DNA of 63,974 nucleotides. It comes from an uncultured Ruminococcus sp. Lineage in GTDB: Bacteria > Bacillota > Clostridia > Oscillospirales > Ruminococcaceae. Shown here piece after piece: positions 50,710 through 58,059 of the stretch. Location: NCBI GenBank assembly GCA_946530355.1, contig CAMNAB010000001.1, positions 1 through 63,974 of the forward strand. Direction: 5' to 3'. A program made the position numbers and the translations under genes. Numbering within the stretch: position 1 is the stretch's first letter; each line of letters starts with the position of its first letter. Below the pieces are notes generated by a model. It saw only the letters and a program-made list of their open reading frames with translations, searched no databases and was not told the origin of the DNA.

Positions 50710-51534
50710 TTACCAGCCTGTGTCAAAGGAAACTGCGTCTGCGTCACCGAGATTTGTCATAGAATCCTGAATCTGCTGTCCGAGGAGCTTTTGTTTTGCG
50801 GAACGAACTTCCTCAGAAGAAAGCTCATGATTGACATCATCGGAAAGCGTCATACTCTTACTGCCGATCTGTGCGGAAGTAACGGCAATAATCTTGATCA
50901 TTTGTGCGAGCTGACCGCCGGAATACGCATGCACAACCGTATCTTTCGAGCCGGTAAATTCAGCAAGCATATCGTCATTCGCCTCATTGCCGATGCCCAG
51001 TGCAGCTTTCAGACCGAACTTATACCAGCTATTGGTTTGCAGCTCTGCGAGTGCAGGCTTATAGTCGTCGGACGGATAGCCGTCAGTCATCAGGAAGATG
51101 ACCGGTGCAAAGGACAGCGACGGAGAATTCAGGAAGCCGTTTCTGGACATTCTTGCAGAAAGCTCCTTAAATGCTTCGCCCATGCTGGTAACGCCGTCTG
51201 CACGAAGACGCGCCCACTCAAAGTCCTCGATCGGGATCGGTTCGGAATACATCCAGCGAACCTGCGTACCGAACGTCAGAACTGCGATCTTGACATCGGT
51301 ATCCGCTTCACCGACGCGGCGGATCTCAGGAATCAGCTCTTCCATAACGGTATTCAATTCACCCATTTTCTTGCCTTTCATACTTCCGGATGTATCAATC
51401 AGGAAGAAAATGACAAGGCTCTTTTTTGAAACACTGGTCGCACTCAGCGGATCATCGTCGTCAAAATCCAGAAGATCCTCAGCCGGCCGCGTGTTCTCCT
51501 TTTCCGGGCTCGATTTTGTATTTTCATTACTCAT
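50710..51534 (-). CDS. TerY-like vWA-domain protein with intact MIDAS
   Basis: AAGGAG RBS. FLIDTSGSMKG (DxSxS), GVTSMGEAF (Thr) and FLMTDGYPSD (Asp). Acidic N-terminal extension, no signal peptide. Confidence 0.88.
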   Translation of the reverse strand: MSNENTKSSPEKENTRPAEDLLDFDDDDPLSATSVSKKSLVIFFLIDTSGSMKGKKMGELNTVMEELIPEIRRVGEADTDVKIAVLTFGTQVRWMYSEPIPIEDFEWARLRADGVTSMGEAFKELSARMSRNGFLNSPSLSFAPVIFLMTDGYPSDDYKPALAELQTNSWYKFGLKAALGIGNEANDDMLAEFTGSKDTVVHAYSGGQLAQMIKIIAVTSAQIGSKSMTLSDDVNHELSSEEVRSAKQKLLGQQIQDSMTNLGDADAVSFDTGW

Positions 51535-51587
51535 AGTGATTACTCCTTTTTCTGATAAGCGTTTTCATCTTACAACCCTGTCTGCTT

Positions 51588-52931
51588 TTACAGCGTTGCA
51601 GAAACTTCTCCGAAACGAATCTCTAATCCCTGCCAAACAGGGAATCCTTTTCCGGGCGGGATCTCATAGAATTCGCCGTCCGGCATTTTTGCCTGCCATG
51701 TTTTTGTTGAGGAATTCTTGAAGCCGAGCACGCCGGGCTTTAAGCGGTTTTCGACAAGCTCTCCGGCGATGCTCTGAAAATCTTCAGAGTCGGGATCTAT
51801 TTCACATTCATAGAATACACAGCCGAGATACAGCGGCATGCGATAATTGCGGTTGCTGAACTTGAGTGTACCGAACAATGCACCGCACTTGGGGCATTTG
51901 AAGGTTTTGATATCGGGACGCTCGAACATGCAGGAGAAATTGGTTCTGCCGCACTCACACTGGATAATCTCCGAGCGCAGGCGAATAAACAGCTTTTGCC
52001 ATTCATTTTCAATGATACGCTTATTGGGGTCTGTGATGCCCGCGGTAAAGGAACGGATGAATGCTTCCTTTACATAATCCGGATAAATTCTCCAGAACTT
52101 GATGACATTATCATGAATGCCGCGGACAGGGCGGTTGCTGTTGTCATCGGGGTCATACACAAAGACCGCGTTCTGACCGTAATGCTTCAGCTCAGAGGAT
52201 TCTGTCAGGCAGACATCCTTCACGACCTTTTCGCCTTCCATCGGATCTCCGCGGAACAGCAGCTTGAACAGCACGACTGCGAGGGAATATTTATCCGTCT
52301 GGACATTCGGCTTTGCAACGCCTCTGACGACTTCCGGAGCCATATATCCGGGTTTACCGCCGATACCGAAGTTACTGCCGTCCGGTGCGATGTTATCGCA
52401 GTCACAGACGAGGACAGCGCCGGTATCCACATTGATGAAGAAGCCGCCGTCGTTCAAGTCCTGATAGCTCTTTCCGGCTCTGTGGAGCTGACGGAACGCA
52501 TTGACGATATTGATGACGGCTGTCACCATTGCATAGAGGCTGGTGAATCGGACGGGCTTTTTGGTAGAACGTCCGGTCAGCGGATCAACTGATAACTTAT
52601 ATGTATTCAGGATATCCACAAAGGAATCGAAGCTCTCCGGTTTCACTTCCATCAAATATCCGAACGTGCCGTCTTCGTTTTCTTTTGTGAGGTATTTCGG
52701 CCAAAGGAACTTATTGCTTGGCGGGCCGTCGCTGATGTTGTTTTTGATATTCTGGCGGAACGCTTTCGGATTTCGTATCTTATCGACATCGTACCATTTC
52801 AATGCCCATTTCATACCGTTATAGCGCACCAGATAAACAACACCCTGACCGCCGCTGCCGATGACTCCGAGCACCTGTGCGCGGCCGCCGTATTCCATTT
52901 CGACTTCCTGACCGATTGCAAGCTCAACCAT
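51588..52931 (-). CDS. Atypical Hanks-type Ser/Thr protein kinase with C-terminal zinc ribbon and beta-rich (FHA-like?) module
   Basis: GGGGAGGA RBS. Gly-loop GSGGQGVVY, WALKW Lys, YQDLNDGG in place of HRDLKPxN, DCD in place of DFG, GYMAPEVV (APE). Then CECG...CPKCG and a terminal LGFKNSSTKTWQ...GLEIRFGEV segment. Confidence 0.8.
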   Translation of the reverse strand: MVELAIGQEVEMEYGGRAQVLGVIGSGGQGVVYLVRYNGMKWALKWYDVDKIRNPKAFRQNIKNNISDGPPSNKFLWPKYLTKENEDGTFGYLMEVKPESFDSFVDILNTYKLSVDPLTGRSTKKPVRFTSLYAMVTAVINIVNAFRQLHRAGKSYQDLNDGGFFINVDTGAVLVCDCDNIAPDGSNFGIGGKPGYMAPEVVRGVAKPNVQTDKYSLAVVLFKLLFRGDPMEGEKVVKDVCLTESSELKHYGQNAVFVYDPDDNSNRPVRGIHDNVIKFWRIYPDYVKEAFIRSFTAGITDPNKRIIENEWQKLFIRLRSEIIQCECGRTNFSCMFERPDIKTFKCPKCGALFGTLKFSNRNYRMPLYLGCVFYECEIDPDSEDFQSIAGELVENRLKPGVLGFKNSSTKTWQAKMPDGEFYEIPPGKGFPVWQGLEIRFGEVSATL

Positions 52932-53020
52932 CTGTTTTTATCCTCCCCTGTCAAAAATCAGAATATTAGGGTGTAAATGTATACTGCATCCGATCTCCGA
53001 ACGGGATGCGGAGCCGGTTG

Positions 53021-54079
53021 TTACTGTACTTTGCCGGGGTGATAAGTTTCCCACGGGATTGCATTGCTGAGGCAGTATTTATATACATACGAATTCTCGA
53101 CACACCGGATGGTGAGACGCGGACAGTATGCAAATGCATTTTTATCAATGAACTTGACGCTTTGCGGAAGCGTCAGTTTCCGGAGTTTTTCGCAGCCGGC
53201 AAATGCCTGTTCTCCGATGCTGCTGACGGTATCCGGAATCTCAACGATCTCCAGGCTCTTGCAGTAAAGGAATGTACTGTCGGCAATTTCCATGATGCCG
53301 TGCGGCAGGGTGATGCCTGCGAGCCGTTCGCACTGGATAAACGCAGCTTTTCCGATCAGGCGGAGTGATTCCGGCAGCTCGATCAGGCGCAGATGCTTAC
53401 ATTCCGAGAATGCATATTCACCGATCGCAAGCAAGGAATCCGGCAGTTTGACGGAGCGCAGATTGCCGAATCCGTCGAAGCAGAAATCCTCGATCTTGGT
53501 GCAGCCGTCCGGAATGATGATATTCCGTGCAAGGATCCGGTATCTGGAAGCTGCGGAACGGGTGAATACATCATCGTTTACGCTGACGGTACGCTGTTTT
53601 TCCTGTTTTTCTTCCTTTTCGATCTCCTCGGGCTCTTTCAGCCGCAGGGGGGAATCATAGGGCCAGCCCAGCATAAATGTCAGACACGCAAGCACAAATT
53701 CGGCTGCGTTTTCTGACAGGAATTTCTCGCCGAGCATGATGCTTTTGGCTTTTGTCGCTGCCATTTCATGGTTCTGCTGTTCAGAGAGCAGAACGCCCAG
53801 AATATTATCTTTGACCATTGTACGAAGCAGTTTGCACTCTTTATCGTATTCCGATATATAATCGTTCAACAGCGCGGTGAAGCGCATTTCGTCAAACATC
53901 AGGCTGTTCCCATATTTAATGAACAAAGAGTCCTTGTGCTCCTTGATCAGTGCTTTTAGCTGCTGCTGAATATATTTTGTATTTTCAAAGCCCACAATAT
54001 TCTGGAGAACAGGGGCTCCGCATGCCGGACAGGATATGCTGCTCGGCGGAAGCTCTGCATGACATTTCTCACACTGCAT
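53021..54079 (-). CDS. Cytoplasmic zinc-ribbon protein with helical middle domain and six BspA-type leucine-rich repeats
   Basis: Start at ATG 54079 (MQCEKCHAELPPSSISCPACG), with AGGAGA RBS. About 23-aa repeats of the form LxxIxLPxSLxxIGxxAFxxCxxL, six copies. No signal peptide. The 80-codon upstream extension in the track has no support. Confidence 0.75.
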   Translation of the reverse strand: MQCEKCHAELPPSSISCPACGAPVLQNIVGFENTKYIQQQLKALIKEHKDSLFIKYGNSLMFDEMRFTALLNDYISEYDKECKLLRTMVKDNILGVLLSEQQNHEMAATKAKSIMLGEKFLSENAAEFVLACLTFMLGWPYDSPLRLKEPEEIEKEEKQEKQRTVSVNDDVFTRSAASRYRILARNIIIPDGCTKIEDFCFDGFGNLRSVKLPDSLLAIGEYAFSECKHLRLIELPESLRLIGKAAFIQCERLAGITLPHGIMEIADSTFLYCKSLEIVEIPDTVSSIGEQAFAGCEKLRKLTLPQSVKFIDKNAFAYCPRLTIRCVENSYVYKYCLSNAIPWETYHPGKVQ

Positions 54080-54097
54080 GGTTTTATCTCCTGACTT

Positions 54098-54143
54098 CAA
54101 TTTGAATGCCGATCCGGTTGCAATTTGAATGCCGTTCCGGTTG
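54098..54143 (-). repeat. Exact tandem 23-bp direct repeat (22/23 identical) in the operon leader, abutting the RBS
   Basis: Plus strand: caatttgaatgccgAtccggttg (54098-54120) followed directly by caatttgaatgccgTtccggttg (54121-54143). The RBS (ctcct) is at about 54089-54093. Confidence 0.85.
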
Positions 54144-54187
54144 CGCCGAACGCTTGCGGAAGAACCGTTTTGCAGGGCGCAGATATA

Positions 54188-54216
54188 CCTGTTTTGTATT
54201 ATAGCACGTTTTTTTT
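54188..54216 (-). promoter_or_regulatory. Consensus promoter TTGACA-17-TATAAT for the ZnR-LRR/kinase/vWA/PP2C operon
   Basis: Minus strand reads TTGACAatccaaaaaaaacgtgcTATAAT (54216-54188), giving a predicted leader of about 100 nt. Confidence 0.65.
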
Positions 54217-54435
54217 GGATTGTCAAGTAATCAGTGAAAATCAGTATATCATTGCGGCAAGATTGAATCAAGATAAACAAAATGCGATTTTTTCGCAATC
54301 TGCGTGCATTTGGCTGCATACACTATACAGAAAGTTATAAATTTCGGCGATTTTACAAAGTAAAATGTGTTTAACGTTGTGTAGTATGCACAAAAAAATA
54401 TGCAAAAAATTGGCGGCAATAAGATGCGAACACCC

Positions 54436-54464
54436 TTGAAATTTCTTTCATTTTGTGTTATTAT
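54436..54464 (+). promoter_or_regulatory. Candidate promoter (TTGAAA-17-TATTAT) for the binding-protein/GGDEF operon
   Basis: ttgaaa 54436-54441, 17-nt spacer, tattat 54459-54464; AT-rich context. Confidence 0.45.
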
Positions 54465-54604
54465 ATATATGTAATCAATCAGCGGCGCGAGATTTGTCTG
54501 GGAGAAAATTGCGAAGAACCAATGTTCATCGTGATTTTCTGAATCTCATGGATGCGGTTGAATTGTAAACCCTGTGTATAATATTTATAGGAGGATGCTA
54601 TTTT

Positions 54605-55864
54605 ATGGATGCGAAGAGAAAAAGACTCTTTCATCGGATTGCTGCATGTTGTATGTCACTGGTACTGACGGCATCGCTGACTGCGTGCGGCAGTTCGGAG
54701 CGAAAAATCGCAGGCGTTGTTGCCGGTATGGATCTCAAAGTTGCTGTAATCGGACAGTCGGAAGGTATCCAGTTCTGGGATTATGTACGCGACGGCGCTG
54801 AGCAGGCAGGCGAGGAATTCGGCTACAATGTCAACTATGTGAACGCAAGCGCTATTACAGATGTAGAGGGACAGATTCAACTCGTTCGTGACGCAATCAA
54901 TGACGGTGTCAACGCAATTGTAGTTGCACCGAATGACCAGGATGCGCTGAACGATGTGCTCCGTGATGCACTCGATGCAGGAATCCATGTTCTCACAATT
55001 GATGCTGATGTGACTTTCGGCGGCCGCGAAAGCTATATCGGCACACAGAACTTTGCCGGCGGCGCAATGGCAGCCCGTCAGGCTGCGCAGTTCCTGACAA
55101 CTGAAAAGGATAAGGCTGCGATCATCGGTCACTCCGATAAGGCTTCCAGTGCGCAGGAACGTGTGGAAGGCTTCCGTACCGTTCTGACTTCCATCATCAA
55201 TCAGATGAATGCTGCGAAATTGCAGGCACAGGCTGATATGGCTGCTTCACACGGTGCAAATACGCAGACAGATGAAGGCAATGCCGATGAGAATCAGAAT
55301 GCCGGTGCTCCTGAAGGTGCAGGCGCAGAGCAGGGCGGTGCTCCCGAAGGCGCAGGTGCTCCGCAGGGCGGCGCTCCCGCAGGCGCACAGCAGGGCGGTG
55401 CTCCTTCCGCTTCCAAGGATATCCCGCAGCTCAATCCGATCGCTTCTCTCCAGTACTGCGACGGTGATGCTGACATTGCAAAACAACAGGCAAGAGAGCT
55501 TTTGTCGGAAAATGAAAACATCAAGGTGATCTACACAACAAATGAGCGTTCTACGATCGGTGTGTGTGAGGCAGTCGAGGAGCTCGGACTCTCCGGACAG
55601 GTTCAGGTTATCGGCTTTAACTCCAACTCGTCTGAGATCAATTATATCAAGTCCGGTACTCTGACCGGTACCATCATTCAGAACCCCTACAACATGGGCT
55701 ACCTTGGCGTGTTCTATGCCGGTAAGCTCGCTGCGGGCGAAAGTGTTTCAAAGGCAGTTGATACAGGTGTTACCTATGTCAATGCAGAAAACCTGAATAA
55801 TGACGAGATCCAGTTGATGCTTGATCCGGTCAACTATTTGAAGGGGGTCTCTGATAATGGCTAA
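54605..55864 (+). CDS. Lipoprotein, periplasmic-binding-protein type I (sugar/ribose-binding-like) with a low-complexity insertion
   Basis: Lipobox LTAC|G. PBP-I pattern (KVAVIGQSEGIQFWDYVRDGA, NAIVVAPND, VIGFNS). About 75-aa G/A/P/Q/E-rich insertion at aa ~200-275. Confidence 0.8.
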   Translation: MDAKRKRLFHRIAACCMSLVLTASLTACGSSERKIAGVVAGMDLKVAVIGQSEGIQFWDYVRDGAEQAGEEFGYNVNYVNASAITDVEGQIQLVRDAINDGVNAIVVAPNDQDALNDVLRDALDAGIHVLTIDADVTFGGRESYIGTQNFAGGAMAARQAAQFLTTEKDKAAIIGHSDKASSAQERVEGFRTVLTSIINQMNAAKLQAQADMAASHGANTQTDEGNADENQNAGAPEGAGAEQGGAPEGAGAPQGGAPAGAQQGGAPSASKDIPQLNPIASLQYCDGDADIAKQQARELLSENENIKVIYTTNERSTIGVCEAVEELGLSGQVQVIGFNSNSSEINYIKSGTLTGTIIQNPYNMGYLGVFYAGKLAAGESVSKAVDTGVTYVNAENLNNDEIQLMLDPVNYLKGVSDNG

Positions 55865-57098
55865 GAAAAATACTGAGAATAAATCCGGTTATAAAAGTAC
55901 CGGCTATATCATTGCGGCAATTGCGCTGTTTCTGATCCTGACGATGAATACCATCATGCTGGTCGGTACATATTCCGGTACACAGAAGATCTTCATGACG
56001 ACATCCCGTGAAATGAACCTCATCAACTCCTCGAACTCCATGCTCGCAAACGCAAATGAGCAGGTGCTCGAAATTGTTGCGGGTATCGGCAATAACCAGG
56101 CACATATCAATGCAATCTCCTCTATGTTCTCTGAGATCCGTGAACGCATGGATGCATATGATGCACTGGAAGGTCATGATGCGCTTGCAAAACGCCGTTT
56201 CCAGCACGCAAAGGCTTATATCAATGCTTATGATAATAAGCTGCTTTCTTACCGCGATGCCATCATGAGTGCATCCACCGGTGAAGACCCCGCTGCTGCC
56301 GCTGCATTCCAGCAGCAGATCCCGACGATTTATCAGCAGGAAATCGCACCGCTGAAATCGGCTGCTTCTGAGATGATGATTGCTTGTATCAACATCGGTT
56401 CTGCTTCCGCAAACCAGCGCACCGCAGGCGCGATCAACTACCTCTATCTCGTTGTTTCGATTCTGGTCGGCGTTCTTATCGTCGGCGAAATTGCAATTTT
56501 CCTTGTTGCGCGTTACACCAAGCGCTCCATGGAAGAAATCGACCGCAAAAATGCACAGTTCGCAGAGGCTTCTTCGAAGCTCATGCGTTCCCGTGAAAAG
56601 ATGGAAGACCTTGCAACCGTTAACATTCTGACCGGTCTGAAGAACCGTTATGCGCTCGAAGCTGATATCGGCGAAAGACTTGCAGGCGATCAGTTCAATA
56701 TCGCTGTGTTTGATATGGACGGCTTCCGTCAGATCAATGACATGTATGGCTATGACTTCGGCGATGAGTATTTGTCCCAGATCGCGGAACGGTTGAAGAA
56801 TGAGTACGGTCAGTACTGCGAAATCTATAACATTACCGGTAACGAATTCTGTGTTGTCTTCAACAGAGAAGTCTCCGATACGCAGGCACTCCATTATGTT
56901 GAGGGTATTTGCAGTGCAATGTCCAGCCCTTATACTATTTTTAATCTGACTGTTCAGCTGACAGTTTCCGCAAGTACTTACCACTATGTGGCGGGTGACT
57001 GCCTCAATGTCAATTCTTTGCTCGTAAAGCTCGATAATGCAATGCGCAATGCAAAGAGACAGGGCGGCGGTCAGATCCATCAGGTCATGAATATCTGA
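55857..57098 (+). CDS. Membrane sensor with extracytoplasmic four-helix-bundle-like domain and degenerate GGDEF domain (TGNEF)
   Basis: The ATG overlaps the binding-protein 3' end by 8 nt; AAGGGGG RBS. Two TM helices flank a helical domain of about 160 aa. GGDEF-domain motifs FDMDGFRQINDMYGYDFGDEYL and NITGNEF (56835-56849) in place of RxGGDEF. Confidence 0.8.
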   Translation: MAKKNTENKSGYKSTGYIIAAIALFLILTMNTIMLVGTYSGTQKIFMTTSREMNLINSSNSMLANANEQVLEIVAGIGNNQAHINAISSMFSEIRERMDAYDALEGHDALAKRRFQHAKAYINAYDNKLLSYRDAIMSASTGEDPAAAAAFQQQIPTIYQQEIAPLKSAASEMMIACINIGSASANQRTAGAINYLYLVVSILVGVLIVGEIAIFLVARYTKRSMEEIDRKNAQFAEASSKLMRSREKMEDLATVNILTGLKNRYALEADIGERLAGDQFNIAVFDMDGFRQINDMYGYDFGDEYLSQIAERLKNEYGQYCEIYNITGNEFCVVFNREVSDTQALHYVEGICSAMSSPYTIFNLTVQLTVSASTYHYVAGDCLNVNSLLVKLDNAMRNAKRQGGGQIHQVMNI

Positions 57099-57156
57099 TG
57101 CGGTAAGGAATCGTAAACGGCTTTTTTGCAGCCGTATGCGTGGACGAACGGAACGG

Positions 57157-57198
57157 GCAGCTGCCGATAAGATTGCTTTCGGCGGCTGCTTCGTTTCT
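57157..57198 (+). terminator. Rho-independent terminator after the GGDEF gene
   Basis: GCAGCTGCCGA-11 nt-TCGGCGGCTGC (11 bp, one G-U) followed by TTCGTTTCT. Confidence 0.55.
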
Positions 57199-57264
57199 CC
57201 ATCTTTATGATCGTTTGGAAGGATGATCCTATTGCCTAAATTTCCGGAACGGATGGTTTGTAGT

Positions 57265-57822
57265 ATGAAAAAATTTGCAGTATATCGTGCTGAAACAGGA
57301 TATTATTGCTATCGTTATTGTGATACGATGGAAGCACTCGGGGACTCCGCATATGCGAAGATCCTCAAAGAAGATCAGCTTCCGGTCGTATTGGACGGCA
57401 ACGGCGGCTATTATCGGTTTTCGACACAGGATCCGGGTTTCTCGGAGATCGTGGAATCGGAATCGGATGACCCGCTGCCTGTTGAACGAATGTTTTTTCT
57501 GAATGATCCCGCTTTCAAGCTCGGTTGGATGTCGCCGGATGGGGATACTTATTCCTGTGACTATACCGGTCATGCAAAATGTGCAGAAAAACTGGCAAAA
57601 AAATTCTTTCCGCAGGCTCAGTTTCCGGAACGTGCGCTTGGTCGTGCAGGTTGGCTCAAGATTATTGATTCGTGGAACGGAACAGAACGTCAGCATCGAC
57701 AGTTCGTCTATTCGCTCAGTGGAAGATTGACCCAAAAACAAGCCGATAAACTGTTCGATCTCGGGCTTTACGGAAACGAGGAAGTACAAGCCATGATTCG
57801 TGATTCCGAATATATGTGGTAA
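57265..57822 (+). CDS. Hypothetical protein (185 aa)
   Basis: Ordinary composition, unlike the Cys/Phe/Arg-rich antisense ORF. Start ambiguous (ATG 57265 chosen; 57223 is also possible). No family recognised. Confidence 0.5.
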   Translation: MKKFAVYRAETGYYCYRYCDTMEALGDSAYAKILKEDQLPVVLDGNGGYYRFSTQDPGFSEIVESESDDPLPVERMFFLNDPAFKLGWMSPDGDTYSCDYTGHAKCAEKLAKKFFPQAQFPERALGRAGWLKIIDSWNGTERQHRQFVYSLSGRLTQKQADKLFDLGLYGNEEVQAMIRDSEYMW

Positions 57823-57865
57823 TCCAATAAGACATAAAATGCAATTAAAATGCGATAAAAATGTA

Positions 57866-57894
57866 TTGACATTCAACAGAATTTGTAGTATAAT
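57866..57894 (+). promoter_or_regulatory. Consensus promoter TTGACA-17-TATAAT
   Basis: ttgaca 57866-57871, 17-nt spacer, tataat 57889-57894. Confidence 0.65.
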
Positions 57895-57900
57895 AAAAAT

Positions 57901-58037
57901 CAGTAACAGATACCCGATTTTAGAATGTTCTTTGATGGACTAATTTCGTGCGTATATGCAGTGGAAACTGACGGGCAGGATCTCCCGATTCGGTAGTTAC
58001 CGTCAGTTTCTGTCTGTTTGTTACTGATTGTTTTTTT
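57901..58037 (+). promoter_or_regulatory. Structured 5' leader or small RNA (closed by a long-range helix, followed by a U-tract)
   Basis: CAGTAACAGA (57901-57910, at the predicted TSS) pairs with TTTGTTACTG (58017-58026). Inner perfect 11-bp hairpin GAAACTGACGG (57964-57974) / CCGTCAGTTTC (58000-58010). T7 run at 58031-58037, then the AGGAGG RBS at 58046. Confidence 0.35.
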
Positions 58038-58059
58038 ACTATATTAGGAGGAAACCGGC

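Noticed and set aside
55830-57080. 416-aa minus-strand ORF antisense to the GGDEF gene, and 58477-60999 (840 aa) antisense to the DivIVA-like and hydrogenase-like genes
   Set aside because: The 840-aa ORF spans two plus-strand genes and their intergenic region, and both ORFs have Cys/Phe/Arg/Ile-rich junk composition. The plus-strand products carry clear GGDEF, Fe-S and H-cluster motifs.
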